Below are positions 1 to 9,788 of a stretch of DNA of 64,000 nt, piece by piece. Every line of letters begins with the position of its first letter. Position 1 is the stretch's first letter. The notes beneath the pieces are model-generated. The model saw nothing but the letters and a program-made list of their open reading frames with translations, was not told where the DNA came from and searched no databases. This DNA is from Myxococcota bacterium (GTDB taxonomy: Bacteria > Myxococcota > Myxococcia > Myxococcales > Myxococcaceae), in assembly GCA_049322255.1 (NCBI GenBank), contig JBMORE010000144.1, positions 1-64,000 on the forward strand, given 5' to 3'. Position numbers and translations under genes: made by a program.

Positions 1-66
1 CATCGGCCCACCGTAGACAGCGATGCCACCCATGTCCACAGCGGGAGTCGACCGCTGCGTCTTCAT
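1..66 (-). CDS. 5' end of an unknown protein or peptide running off the window (MKTQRSTPAVDMGGIAVYGGPM...)
   Basis: ATG at 66-64 overlaps the TGA of the upstream methyltransferase gene (ATGA overlap at 63-66). 22 open codons to the window edge. Not in the ORF track. Confidence 0.55.
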   Translation of the reverse strand, partial: MKTQRSTPAVDMGGIAVYGGPM

Positions 67-923
67 GAGTCGCGTCCGCGGCGGTGAAAGGTGAGAGCGA
101 CCCACGGGCCTTCTCGTCGAGCGGTATACAGGTGCAAGGAGCTGTAGAGCGCCTCCAGCTGCGACCGCTGCGCTTCGAGAAAACCGGCGACGATCAGCTC
201 CCCGCCCACGCGCGCGAGCACATCGACGGCGGCGAAGGGGTGCACATCGCTGGGCAAGTTGGCCACCACCACGGGAAAGACTTCGTCGAGCGCAGCCAGC
301 AGGGTGGTGGCAAAGCGCACCCGCGACACCCGGTGCGCGCGTGCGAGCTGCCGCGCTGCTTTCGCCGCGTTTTCCAGAAGGTCGATGCCCAGCACCGAGC
401 GGGCACCCAGCCAGCGCGCGCCAATGGACAAGACGCCGGCGCCGCAGCCGACGTCCAACACCCGCGCCCCACCCCGGACGTGCTCGCTCTCCTCCAGCGC
501 CTGCAAGCACAGCCGGGTGGTGGGGTGTCCGCGCGAGCCGAACACGGTTTGCGGCGGCACCACCAGTCGCCGCAGCCCCGGCGGCGCCTCCTCCACCGCC
601 CAGGGAGGACCCACCCACAGGGTGCGGGTGCGCATCGGCCGGTACTGGGCTCGGTAGGCCGCGATGTCGTCGTAGTGCGCATGGTCGAGCTCCACCCGGG
701 CGCCGACGACGAGGGACAACAGGCGGCGCTTCGCCTCGATTGCCGCGGCGGCGTCGGCAAAATACGCCAAGATGAGCGCGTGTCCTCTCCGGGGCCGGCG
801 CGCGGTGGAGCGGTCCTGCACTTCGAGGCCCCAGGTGGGAGGCTGGGCGAGCGCGGCCTGGGCCAGCTCCGAGGCGGCGCTTTTCACCTCGGCGCGCAGC
901 ACCACGCAAAATGACCGGAACAT
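63..923 (-). CDS. prmA: PrmA-like (ribosomal protein L11 methyltransferase family) SAM-dependent methyltransferase, divergent, possibly a paralogue
   Basis: GLEVQDR, LWVGPPW, FGSRGHPTTRLCL (canonical FGTGxHPTT), VLDVGCGAGVLSI SAM motif I, VVVANL. Confidence 0.75.
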   Translation of the reverse strand: MFRSFCVVLRAEVKSAASELAQAALAQPPTWGLEVQDRSTARRPRRGHALILAYFADAAAAIEAKRRLLSLVVGARVELDHAHYDDIAAYRAQYRPMRTRTLWVGPPWAVEEAPPGLRRLVVPPQTVFGSRGHPTTRLCLQALEESEHVRGGARVLDVGCGAGVLSIGARWLGARSVLGIDLLENAAKAARQLARAHRVSRVRFATTLLAALDEVFPVVVANLPSDVHPFAAVDVLARVGGELIVAGFLEAQRSQLEALYSSLHLYTARREGPWVALTFHRRGRDS

Positions 924-929
924 CGCCTT

Positions 930-2255
930 TCAGGGCACCTCGAGGAACCCGGAGACGCGCGTGTAGCGCAGGTCGACGAACTCGGAGCACCCTCCGGTCT
1001 GCACGTGCTTGGCTTCGTAGGCCACCCGGGGGTTGCCGTTGGCGTCGAGCACCACTACCGGACGCTCTCCGGGACGCCAGTACGCCTGGGAGCAGCCGGT
1101 AGCGGGGGCGGCGGGAACGCGCTCCTCCATGCTCGCGGCCGTTTCCACCAAGGCGTGGCGCCACTTGGCTTGGTCGGTGCCGCAGCCGTCTTTGCAGCTG
1201 GAGTAGCCGGTGGCGTGAGGCTCGACCCCCACGTGGTAGACCGCCCGCGGGTTGCCTTTGGTGTCGAGGGTGAAGTCGAACCCCCCGCTGCCGTACGCCT
1301 CCGGTAAGCCCAGGCTGGCCTTGCTCCACCCCGCGGCGGCGGTGCACTGGTTGTCGCAGGAGGCGTAGAACAGACGATTCTTCGCCTCGGGGTCGTCGGC
1401 GGCGCCGGCGAAGTAGAGCAACCGTGGCTGGTCGTTGGTGTTGAGGCGCAGCACCACCGAGCCGTCGGCGCCGACGCTGAACAAGCGCACCGAGGCCCAG
1501 TTGGTGGCTTGCTCACACGCTCCGTCGCACACCGCGTAGGCGATGGTTTCGGGGGTCGCCGTGTCTCGGTAGGCCAGGTGCACCCGCCCAATGCTGTCGA
1601 AGGCGAGCGAGAGTTTTTGGGCGGTGGGGGTGAGGGGCAGCCTGGTCTTGGACCAATTGGTGGCCACCGAGCACAGCTGACGGCATTGGCTGTAGTAGAT
1701 GCCTTCGCTGCCCAAGGTGGCGTCACGGTAGACAAAGGCCGACAACCCCGTCGGAGAGATGGCGAAGTACGGTTCGTCGCTGGCCGTTTCGTTGGCGTAG
1801 TGCAGCTGCACGTTGAACCAGCTCGCCTGTTTGGTGCACTGGTCGTCACACATGGAGAAGAACCAGGCCTGAGCGGTTTCGTGGAACCACACCACCCGCG
1901 GCTTGTTGCCGGGGGCCGGGGTGAGCTTGACGCTGGGGCGCGACAGCCCCTGAGCACTGTCGTTGAGCTCGACCACCTTCCAGCTCGACTGCTGGTTGCA
2001 GCCCCCGCCGCAGTACGCGTAGCGCACCGGGTGCCCGTTGGCACCGGAGAGGTTGGTGACGTAGGCCAGGTGCAACCCGCCCGCGGGGTCGATGCTCAGC
2101 GAGGGTAGGTGCGTCCACAGGTTCTGGTCGGGAAACACGTAGTAGGCGCCCTGCACGCCGCCGTCGAAGCTCCCGCCGCCCCCGTCGGTGTTTCCTCCGC
2201 CGGGACAGCCCCACAGCGCGCACGAGAGCGCCGACAGCACCGCAGCCCGCTTCAT
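930..2255 (-). CDS. Hypothetical lipoprotein with Cys-containing repeats (YAxCxxxC...W), probable beta-propeller
   Basis: Start reassigned to ATG 2255 (MKRAAVLSALSCALWGC lipobox). About six repeats of the type LxxDxxGxPxxxY...YAxCDxxCxxAxxW. The ORF-track extension to 3716 is antisense to bioB. Confidence 0.75.
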   Translation of the reverse strand: MKRAAVLSALSCALWGCPGGGNTDGGGGSFDGGVQGAYYVFPDQNLWTHLPSLSIDPAGGLHLAYVTNLSGANGHPVRYAYCGGGCNQQSSWKVVELNDSAQGLSRPSVKLTPAPGNKPRVVWFHETAQAWFFSMCDDQCTKQASWFNVQLHYANETASDEPYFAISPTGLSAFVYRDATLGSEGIYYSQCRQLCSVATNWSKTRLPLTPTAQKLSLAFDSIGRVHLAYRDTATPETIAYAVCDGACEQATNWASVRLFSVGADGSVVLRLNTNDQPRLLYFAGAADDPEAKNRLFYASCDNQCTAAAGWSKASLGLPEAYGSGGFDFTLDTKGNPRAVYHVGVEPHATGYSSCKDGCGTDQAKWRHALVETAASMEERVPAAPATGCSQAYWRPGERPVVVLDANGNPRVAYEAKHVQTGGCSEFVDLRYTRVSGFLEVP

Positions 2256-2320
2256 CGTGAGTACCCCTGGGTAAGAGACGGCGTCGAGTATGCCGGGCCC
2301 GGACGTTCGATGCGAGCAGG

Positions 2321-2542
2321 TCAGGCCGCGGCGGCGAGCGGACGCGCCTTGCGCGCCCGCCCAGCCGGACGCACCCGGGTGGGTGGTGGTAGCCAAGTGG
2401 GGCCGAGCGCGAACACCGCTGCCCAGTAGCGTGCCTTCTCGCGCGAGGCGCAGAGGTACTCGAGCACCGGGCCTTCCGTTGTGTACACCCAGAGCACGAA
2501 GCTCTGTTGACGCCTCGTCACCCGGGTCGCTTTCACGCGCAT
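2321..2542 (-). CDS. Small hypothetical protein (73 aa, [44 protein letters not shown]...)
   Basis: Fills the gap between the lipoprotein gene and the bio promoter, is preceded by a sigma54-like element, and resembles small myxobacterial proteins (from memory). Confidence 0.55.
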   Translation of the reverse strand: MRVKATRVTRRQQSFVLWVYTTEGPVLEYLCASREKARYWAAVFALGPTWLPPPTRVRPAGRARKARPLAAAA

Positions 2543-2556
2543 CGCTTCGGCCCACG

Positions 2557-2572
2557 AGCAGGCGCCATGCCA
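2557..2572 (-). promoter_or_regulatory. Putative sigma54 (-24/-12) promoter for the small ORF at 2542
   Basis: Minus strand TGGCATGGCGCCTGCT has GG-N10-GC spacing and matches TGGCAC-N5-TTGCW with two mismatches. It lies 14 nt upstream of the ATG. Confidence 0.5.
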
Positions 2573-2649
2573 GAAGGCCCAAGCCTGCGTGGCGCGGCTG
2601 GAAGGTCGCTGCGCAGACAGTCCTCCACCCGCCGGTAAGAAGGAAAGCC

Positions 2650-2682
2650 TCGTCAACCGCCGAGCCTACGGTTGGTTGACAA
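2650..2682. promoter_or_regulatory. BirA-type biotin operator
   Basis: tcGTCAACC-N15-GGTTGACaa, with a perfect 7-bp inverted repeat (2652-2658 / 2674-2680), about 30 nt upstream of bioB. Fits the proteobacterial BirA consensus TTGT(C/A)AACC-N14-16-GGTT(G/T)ACAA. Confidence 0.85.
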
Positions 2683-2711
2683 GCAGGAGAGCGGGGGCTA
2701 CGCCGCGCGCC

Positions 2712-3683
2712 ATGTCCCACGCCCACTTCTCCTCGCCGTCGCGGCACGACTGGACCCTCCCCGAAGTCCGGGCGCTGCACGACTTGCCGCTGATGGACTT
2801 GGTCTTTTTGGCGCAGTCGACGCACCGGGCGGTCTTCCAGGACAACAAGGTGCAGCTGTGCTCGCTGCTCTCCATCAAGACCGGCGGCTGCCCAGAGGAT
2901 TGCGGCTACTGCCCGCAGTCGGCGCGGTACCAGACAGGGGTGCAGGCGGAGAAGCTCATGGACGTGGGCGAGGTGCTGGCGGCGGCACGGGAGGCACGGG
3001 CGGCGGGCGCCACCCGCTTTTGCATGGGAGCGGCTTGGCGGGAGGTGAAAGACGGCCCGCAGTTCGACGCGGTGCTGCAGATGGTGAAAGGAGTGCGCGC
3101 GCTGGGGATGGAGGCCTGCTGCACCTTGGGCATGCTCACCCACGAGCAGGCCCGGCGGCTCAAGGAGGCCGGGCTGTCGGCCTACAACCACAACCTCGAC
3201 ACCTCGGCCGAGCGCTATGGCGACATCATCTCCACCCGTACCTACCAAGAGCGGCTCGACACCCTGAACCGGGTGCGCGAGGCAGGCATCTCGGTGTGCT
3301 CGGGAGGCATCATCGGCATGGGCGAGTCGGTGGACGACCGGTGCCGCATGCTCATCACCCTGGCCAACCAGCCCACCCACCCCGAGTCGGTGCCCGTCAA
3401 CGCCCTGGTGGCGGTGAAGGGGACTCCGCTGGAGAACCAGCCGCCGGTGGAGCCCTTCGAGCTGGTGCGGATGATTGCCACCGCGCGCCTTTTGATGCCC
3501 ACCGCGCGGGTGCGCCTTTCCGCCGGGAGGCAGGCGCTGTCCCCCGAGGCGCAGCTTTTGTGCATGCTCGCCGGAGCCAACTCCATCTTCTTCGGCGAGC
3601 GGCTGCTCACCACCGCCAACCCCGAGTACCAGGAGGACATGGCGCTCTTTCACAAAGCTGGGGTGGAGCCGCTGGCGTGGTAG
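2712..3683 (+). CDS. bioB: Biotin synthase
   Basis: [16 protein letters not shown] radical SAM motif, [28 protein letters not shown]. Start set at ATG 2712. Confidence 0.97.
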   Translation: MSHAHFSSPSRHDWTLPEVRALHDLPLMDLVFLAQSTHRAVFQDNKVQLCSLLSIKTGGCPEDCGYCPQSARYQTGVQAEKLMDVGEVLAAAREARAAGATRFCMGAAWREVKDGPQFDAVLQMVKGVRALGMEACCTLGMLTHEQARRLKEAGLSAYNHNLDTSAERYGDIISTRTYQERLDTLNRVREAGISVCSGGIIGMGESVDDRCRMLITLANQPTHPESVPVNALVAVKGTPLENQPPVEPFELVRMIATARLLMPTARVRLSAGRQALSPEAQLLCMLAGANSIFFGERLLTTANPEYQEDMALFHKAGVEPLAW

Positions 3684-4816
3684 CGGCCGCTTGGGCCGAG
3701 GAGGAGCTCTTCGCACTCGAAGCCCACGGCCTGCGCCGCCAGCTCGAGCCGCTCTCCTCTCCCCAGGGCGCCACGGTGCAGCTTGGCGGGCAGACGCTGG
3801 TCAATTTCTCCTCCAACGACTACCTGGGGCTGGCCTCCCATCCGCAGCTGGCGGCGGCGGCGATGCAGGCGCTGCGCCGGCACGGGGTGGGCTCGGGCGC
3901 CTCGCGGCTCCTCGTGGGCGACACCACCGCGCACCATGCCCTCGAGGAACGGTTGGCGGACTTCACCGGCGCGAAGGCGGCGCTGCTCTTCAACAGCGGG
4001 TACGCCGCCAACGTGGGAGTGCTCTCCACCCTTTGTGGCCCGGACGACGTGGTCTTCTCCGACGCCCTCAATCACGCCTCGCTCATCGACGGCTGTCGTC
4101 TCTCCCGAGCCCAGGTGGTGGTCTATCCGCACGCCGACGTCGGAGTGCTCGACGCCCTCCTTTCGCGCCACCCCGCTCGCCGCCGGCTGGTGTGCACCGA
4201 GGCGGTGTTCTCGATGGACGGCGACTTGGCGCCGCTTCGCGAGCTGGTGGAGGTGTGCCGCCGCCACCAGGCCGCGCTCTTGGTGGACGAGGCCCACGCG
4301 CTGGGGGTGTTTGGCCAAACGGGCGCCGGTCTGTGCGAAGCCCTGGGGGTGGCGGCTCGAGTGGACGTGCGCATGGGCACGCTGGGCAAGGCCCTGGGCG
4401 CGTACGGCGCCTTCGTGGCCTGCGCGAAGCCTCTGCGCGAGCTCTTCTTCAACCGCGCCCGCTCGCTGGTGTTCTCCACCTCGCTGCCGCCAGTGGTGTG
4501 CGCGGCGGCCCAAGCGGCGGTGGACTTGGTGGAGGAGGGCGAGCTGCGCCGGCGCCTGTGGAGGAACGTCGAGCGCTTCGCCGCCGGCATTGGAGCCTCT
4601 CCCCCAAGCCCCATCTTCTCGGTGGTGCTCGGCTCGCCCGAGCGGGCGCTTTGGGCCTCGCGCACCTTGCGCGCGCAAGGCTTGTTGGCCAAGCCCATTC
4701 GTCCGCCCACGGTTCCCGAAGGCACCAGCCGCTTGCGCTTGGCGGTGAGCGCGGCGCACTCCGAAGAACAGCTCGACTGGGCCGCACGCGCGGTCAAAGA
4801 GGTGCTCGATGGCTGA
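3677..4816 (+). CDS. bioF: 8-amino-7-oxononanoate synthase
   Basis: [49 protein letters not shown] (PLP Lys), IRPPTVP. GTG start overlaps the bioB end. Confidence 0.96.
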   Translation: MVAAAWAEEELFALEAHGLRRQLEPLSSPQGATVQLGGQTLVNFSSNDYLGLASHPQLAAAAMQALRRHGVGSGASRLLVGDTTAHHALEERLADFTGAKAALLFNSGYAANVGVLSTLCGPDDVVFSDALNHASLIDGCRLSRAQVVVYPHADVGVLDALLSRHPARRRLVCTEAVFSMDGDLAPLRELVEVCRRHQAALLVDEAHALGVFGQTGAGLCEALGVAARVDVRMGTLGKALGAYGAFVACAKPLRELFFNRARSLVFSTSLPPVVCAAAQAAVDLVEEGELRRRLWRNVERFAAGIGASPPSPIFSVVLGSPERALWASRTLRAQGLLAKPIRPPTVPEGTSRLRLAVSAAHSEEQLDWAARAVKEVLDG

Positions 4817-6170
4817 TGCTTCCCACCCGCTGGAGCCGACCTACATCTCCAAAGCCAGCACCCGGGAGCGGCATGAAGAGCTGCTCGAGCTCGACCGGCG
4901 CCACGTCTGGCACCCCTTCACCCAGATGCAAAGCTGGCCCAAGGACGATCCGCTGCTCATTGTCCGCGGCAAGGGCAACTACCTCTATGACGACCTGGGG
5001 CGCCGGTATTTCGACGGTGTCTCCTCGCTGTGGGTGACGGTGCACGGGCACCGCAAGAGGGAAATTGACGCGGCGATTCGCGCGCAGCTCGACAAGTTGG
5101 CCCACTCCACCCTCCTGGGGCTGGCGCATGAGCCGTCCATCGAGCTGGCGGCGAAGCTGTGTGCGCTGGCGCCCGAAGGGTTGACGCGGGTGTTCTACTC
5201 CGACAGCGGCTCCACCGCGGTCGAGGTGGCGCTGAAGATGGCGTACCAGTACTGGGCGCAAAAAGGGCGCCCGCGGAAGCGGCGCTTTGCCGCCCTCGGC
5301 GAGGCCTACCACGGCGACACCGTGGGCGCGGTTTCGCTCGGAGGCATCGATCTCTTCCACGCCACCTTCCGAGGGCTGCTCTTCGACGTCGAGCGGCTGC
5401 CCACGCCTTCCAAGGAGTGTCTGACGGCGGCGAAGCGGTTGTTTCAAGAGAAGGGCGAGGAGCTCGCTGCGTTGGTGGTGGAGCCCTTGATACAGGGCGC
5501 AGCCGGCATGCAGGTGCAGCCACCTGGCTTTCTCGCCGAGCTGGAGAAGCTGTGCCGCGCGCACCAGATACTGCTGGTGTGCGACGAGGTGGCGACAGGC
5601 TTTGGCCGCACGGGGACGATGTTCGCGGTAGAGCAGGAGAAGGTCCGCCCCGATTTTCTCTGCCTCGCCAAGGGGCTCACCGGCGGCTACCTGCCCTTGG
5701 CCGCGACCCTCACCACCGACGAGGTGTACTCGGCCTTTTTGGGCACGGTGGGAGAGAAGAAGGCCTTCTTCCACGGGCACACCTACACCGGCAACCCGCT
5801 CGCCTGCGCCGCGGCACTCGCCAACCTGGAGCTCTTCGAGAGCGAGGGCACCCTGGAGAAGATGAAGCCCACGGTGGCCGCCTTGGCCAAAGCGCTGGAA
5901 GAGGTCGCCGGGCTCGCCCACGTCGGCGAGGTGCGCCGCAAAGGGTTGATGGTGGGCATCGAGCTGGTGAAGGACCGCGCCACCCAAGAGGAGTACCCCT
6001 ACGGCGAACGCAAGGGCTTCGCGGTGTGCCAGGCGGCGCGAAAAAAGCGCATGCTCTTGCGCGCGTTGGGGAACGTGGTGGTGCTGATGCCGCCCTTGTC
6101 CACCACGCCGACCGAGGCACGCAAGCTGGTGGAAGTGGTGCGCGGCGCCATCGTCGAGGTGTGCGGGTGA
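4809..6170 (+). CDS. bioA: Adenosylmethionine-8-amino-7-oxononanoate aminotransferase
   Basis: [69 protein letters not shown]. Confidence 0.97.
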   Translation: MADASHPLEPTYISKASTRERHEELLELDRRHVWHPFTQMQSWPKDDPLLIVRGKGNYLYDDLGRRYFDGVSSLWVTVHGHRKREIDAAIRAQLDKLAHSTLLGLAHEPSIELAAKLCALAPEGLTRVFYSDSGSTAVEVALKMAYQYWAQKGRPRKRRFAALGEAYHGDTVGAVSLGGIDLFHATFRGLLFDVERLPTPSKECLTAAKRLFQEKGEELAALVVEPLIQGAAGMQVQPPGFLAELEKLCRAHQILLVCDEVATGFGRTGTMFAVEQEKVRPDFLCLAKGLTGGYLPLAATLTTDEVYSAFLGTVGEKKAFFHGHTYTGNPLACAAALANLELFESEGTLEKMKPTVAALAKALEEVAGLAHVGEVRRKGLMVGIELVKDRATQEEYPYGERKGFAVCQAARKKRMLLRALGNVVVLMPPLSTTPTEARKLVEVVRGAIVEVCG

Positions 6171-6889
6171 AGCTTCGCCTCTTCGTCACCGCCACCGATA
6201 CCGGAGTGGGGAAGACCGAGGCGGCGTGCGCGTTGCTCTCCTTGCTCGCCGAGGCGGGAGAGCGACCTGCACCCTTCAAGCCGTACGAGAGTGGCTGCGC
6301 CGACCTCGCCCGTCCCCCCGATGCGCTGGCCCTGCAGGCCGCGGCGGGGAGCGACCTGCCGCTGGAGCGCGTGTGTCCCCATCGCTTCACTGCGCCCCTT
6401 GCTCCTGGAGTGGCCGCGCGAAGGTTGGGCGAGGAGCCGGACTTCGAAAAGACGCTCGCTGCCTTTCGCTCGTTTGAAGGGCGCTCGCTGGTGGTGGAAG
6501 GGGCGGGTGGCCTGTTCGTGCCCATCGACTCGCAGCGCGACGTCATCGACCTCATCGAAGCGCTGCGCCTGCCGGTGCTCCTGGTGGCGCGCGCCGGCCT
6601 GGGCACGCTCAACCACACCGCACTCTCCCTCGAGGCGCTGGCGCACCGTCGCATCGAGGTTCGAGCGGTATTGCTCAGCAAAAGCTCACTCACCCCTCTC
6701 CCCGTGGGAGAGGGCAAGGGTGAGGGACCCATGAACACAGAGGATCCGTCGGAGGCGGACAACGCCGTTCTCCTCGAGGAGCGCCACCGCATGCGAGTGC
6801 TCGGACCGGTGCCGTTCATCGCTGACGCGAAGGCGCGGAGGTTGGCGTTTCGCGCGACGCTCGCTGGGCTCGTCGGCGTCAGTGGCTGA
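6167..6889 (+). CDS. bioD: Dethiobiotin synthase, carrying an in-frame repeat-derived insertion
   Basis: [41 protein letters not shown] overlap with the bioA stop. Confidence 0.95.
   Translation: MKLRLFVTATDTGVGKTEAACALLSLLAEAGERPAPFKPYESGCADLARPPDALALQAAAGSDLPLERVCPHRFTAPLAPGVAARRLGEEPDFEKTLAAFRSFEGRSLVVEGAGGLFVPIDSQRDVIDLIEALRLPVLLVARAGLGTLNHTALSLEALAHRRIEVRAVLLSKSSLTPLPVGEGKGEGPMNTEDPSEADNAVLLEERHRMRVLGPVPFIADAKARRLAFRATLAGLVGVSG
6694..6726 (+). repeat. 33-bp BoxC-like palindromic/G-tract element, copy 1 (in bioD)
   Basis: CCCTCTCCC-CGT-GGGAGAGGG-CAA-GGGTGAGGG, translated as [11 protein letters not shown]. Confidence 0.9.
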
Positions 6890-7025
6890 CGATGATGGCC
6901 ATCACCGCGATGAGGAAGACCAACAAGAGCACCGTCGCCACCAGCACCAGCTGCGTATAGCCCGGTGCGCGCGGTTCGATTGCACCGGGTGCTACAGAGG
7001 TGAACCTCGTACCTGTGCGCAGCAA
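6879..7025 (-). CDS. Possible small single-pass membrane peptide
   Basis: Hydrophobic stretch [21 protein letters not shown] just before the stop. Only a TTG start (7025) is available, so uncertain. Confidence 0.3.
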   Translation of the reverse strand: MLRTGTRFTSVAPGAIEPRAPGYTQLVLVATVLLLVFLIAVMAIIVSH

Positions 7026-7088
7026 ATTTTTGTCGGATGCGGTCGCGAATTGGACGGCGGTGGTGATCCGCGCGACAACGCTTCGCGC

Positions 7089-7367
7089 ATGGCAGAGATC
7101 ATCGACCTGTCCCTCATCGCCGACGCCAAGCGCTACTTCCACAAGCTCCTCGACGCCCGCGGCATCAATTACTTCCTCCGCAAGGACGCGCGGCGGCCGT
7201 TTCAGATCGAGCAGTCGAAAGTGGAGATGGTGGTGCGCACCGCGGCCCGCTGCAGACCTCCCCACCTGCGCCGGCCGCCTCTGCCGGCGGTCGACCGCGC
7301 GCGAAGGGAGATTCGCCGCGAGCTGATTCGCCGGGTGGTGGAGGAGATGCTCCAGACCGGCTTGTAG
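7089..7367 (+). CDS. Small basic hypothetical protein (92 aa, MAEIIDLSLIADAKRYF...)
   Basis: Strong GC3 codon bias and plausible composition from ATG 7089. Confidence 0.7.
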   Translation: MAEIIDLSLIADAKRYFHKLLDARGINYFLRKDARRPFQIEQSKVEMVVRTAARCRPPHLRRPPLPAVDRARREIRRELIRRVVEEMLQTGL

Positions 7368-7493
7368 ACGCTCGTTCAGGCCGAGCCTCACGAGCATGTC
7401 GAGGGACGAGGCCCGGCTTCGCCCACGAATTGAACGCCGCGCAGAGGCGATGATACAGACGCCCCTGGCCGGTCGCGTACGAGGTCCTTTCCG

Positions 7494-9772
7494 ATGCAGC
7501 TCAGGCTGGTCGTGTGCCTCGCAGTGGTGAGCTGTACTTGTCGGCCGGGCCAGCTGGGTCAGGTGGAGGAGGCGCAGCTGCGCGCCTCTCCGATGCACCT
7601 GGTTCTCCCCGCCGCCTACGTCGGCTACCCCACTTCCGGTGTGGTCGAGGTTGCCAACGTGGGCGGGACACCGGCCTCGGTCGAGGTATCGGCGGCAGAG
7701 CCCTTCTCGGTGGAGACGGGTCAGCTCGAGCTGGTGACCGGGGAATCTCGTTCCTTGGTGGTGCGCTTTGCGCCGACGGCGGCGGGGCTCTTCGACGGGG
7801 TGCTGCGGATAGGAGCACTGGAGGTGACGCTGGCCGCCGAGGGGCTGGAGGTGCCGGTGTGCAGCGTACCGGCCAACGTCTGCGAGGAGACCCGCTTCGA
7901 AGCAGAAGCCGGGCAGTGCGTGACGACGCTCAAGGAGGAGGGCAGCTCTTGTCAGACGCGATGCATCGCCTCGGGCTCCTGTTTGGCGGGCGCGTGCCGC
8001 GGCCAGCTCGCCGACTGCGACGACGGTAACGCCTGCACCGTGGATGCGTGTGGCGAGGCCGAAGGCTGCGTCCACTCGTCCCGGGTGTGCCCAGCACCGG
8101 CAGGTCGGTGCCAAATTGCTCGCTGCGACCCTCTCACCGGGTGCGGAGCGGAGGAGGCGCCGGACGGCACGCTCTGTGGGCCAGATGACTGCAAGGCGAG
8201 CGAAGTCGACGTGTGCATCGCGGGGAAGTGCGTCCGCCGGCAAAGACCGGATCAGGGCCGCTGCGTCAACACCTGGGTTCCGGTCAACACGCCGGCGCGC
8301 TCGAGGCACGCGATGGCGTACGACCTGACTCGCCAACGCGTCGTTCTCTTTGGTGGGGGAAGTAGCGGCCACTTCGGCGACACCTGGGAGTGGGATGGAA
8401 CCACGTGGGTACAGCGGACGCCCGCGATGTCTCCCCCCGCGCGCGCCGGGCACGCGATGGCGTACGACACCGCTCGGCAACGCGTCGTCCTCTTTGGTGG
8501 ATGGAATGGCGTTCAATCTCTCGCCGACACCTGGGAGTGGGATGGAACCACTTGGGTGCAGCGGGCACCCACCACGTCTCCCCCCGCAGTCTCGAACCAT
8601 GTGATGGCTTATGACGTCGCTCGCCAGCGCGTCGTTGTCTTCAGTCGGGACTTTGGCGCCGTCCCGATCGGCACCTGGGAGTGGGATGGAACCACCTGGG
8701 TGCAGCGGATGCCCACCACGTCTCCTCCCGCGCTCATCAATCCTGCGCTGGCGTATGACATGGTTCGCCAGCGCGTTGTCCTCTTTGGTCATGAAGTTGG
8801 CGGCCTCGCCGATACCTGGGAGTGGGATGGAACCACCTGGGTGGAGCGGACGCCGGCGATGTCTCCCCCCGTGCGTACGAACCATGCCATGACCTACGAC
8901 GCGGTCCGGCAACGAGTAGTCCTCTTCGGGGGATATAACGGTTTCCAAGCCCTCTCGGACACNNNNNNNNNNNNNNNNNNNNNNNNNNNNNNNNNNNNNN
9001 NNNNNNNNNNNNNNNNNNNNNNNNNNNNNNNNNNNNNNNNNNNNNNNNNNNNNNNNNNNNNNCCTGGGTGGAGCGGACGCCGGCGATGTCTCCCCCCGTG
9101 CGTACGAACCATGCCATGACCTACGACGCGGTCCGGCAACGAGTAGTCCTCTTCGGGGGATATAACGGTTTCCAAGCCCTCTCGGACACATGGGAATGGG
9201 ACGGAACCACCTGGGCAGAGCGAACGCCCGCGGCGTCTCCCCCCCAGCGCTATGAGCACGCGCTCGCTTATGACACGACTCGCCAGCGCGTGGTCCTCTT
9301 CGGTGGCAACGGTGCCCAACCTCTGTCGGACACTTGGGAGTGGGATGGAACGACCTGGGTCCAACGGACGCCCACGACGTCGCCTCCCGCTCGCTATTTA
9401 CACGCGCTCGCCTACGACATGGCTCGCCAGCGCGTGGTTCTCTTCGGCGGAATCGGTACCCAACCTCTGTCAGACACTTGGGAGTGGGACGGAACGACCT
9501 GGGTGCAGCGAACGCCCGCGATGCCTCCCCCCGCACGGTTTGGGCACGCGCTCGCCTACGACACAGTTCGCCAGCGTGTTGTCCTCACCGGTGGGGTCAA
9601 TAGCGTTGTGCTCGCCGACACCTGGGAATGGGACGGAACCACATGGGTAGACCTGGCTCCGACCCGGTCGCCTGCGGTCGCGTATCATTCATTGGCTTAC
9701 GACGCCGCTCGCCAACGCCTCGTCCTCTTTGACGGCTCGAATTCCGCTGATACGTGGCTCTATCTTCCCTAA
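7494..9772 (+). CDS. Secreted protein or lipoprotein with an Ig-like domain, Cys-rich myxobacterial-type repeats and Kelch/galactose-oxidase-like repeats; spans the assembly gap
   Basis: Signal with Cys (LAVVSCTC), CDDGNACTVDAC-type repeat, and ~47-aa repeats HAMAYDxxRQRVVLFGG...DTWEWDGTTW on both sides of the gap. Collapsing the duplicated 127 bp joins the two ORFs in frame (683 aa). Confidence 0.8.
8963..9062. other. Scaffold gap (100 N) flanked by an identical 127-bp overlap
   Basis: 8836-8962 is identical to 9063-9189. Confidence 0.97.
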
Positions 9773-9788
9773 AGAAAAAGCCTGTCCA

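Noticed and set aside
2672..3676. Long N-terminal extensions on the bioF, bioD, hypD, hypE and hydG ORFs suggesting fusions (bioF shown)
   Set aside because: They are off-frame read-through of the upstream genes, typical of high-GC DNA. Family motifs begin at the overlapping start codons.
2256..3716. 928-aa minus-strand ORF 930..3716 taken as a single protein
   Set aside because: The first ~487 codons are antisense to bioB and its promoter. The credible gene starts at the lipoprotein signal at ATG 2255.
6961..6989. Hairpin CCCGGTGC-N13-GCACCGGG containing GGTTCGAT, as a tRNA T-loop or bio terminator
   Set aside because: There is no cloverleaf and no U-tract. It could be chance or part of the small minus-strand ORF.
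8836..9189. 127-bp perfect direct repeat as a biological duplication or att site
   Set aside because: It abuts both sides of an N gap and matches a typical assembler k-mer overlap.
8270..9772. Regularly spaced DNA repeats as a CRISPR array
   Set aside because: The period is about 141-147 nt, the repeats are in frame and encode Kelch-like blades, and no cas genes are present.
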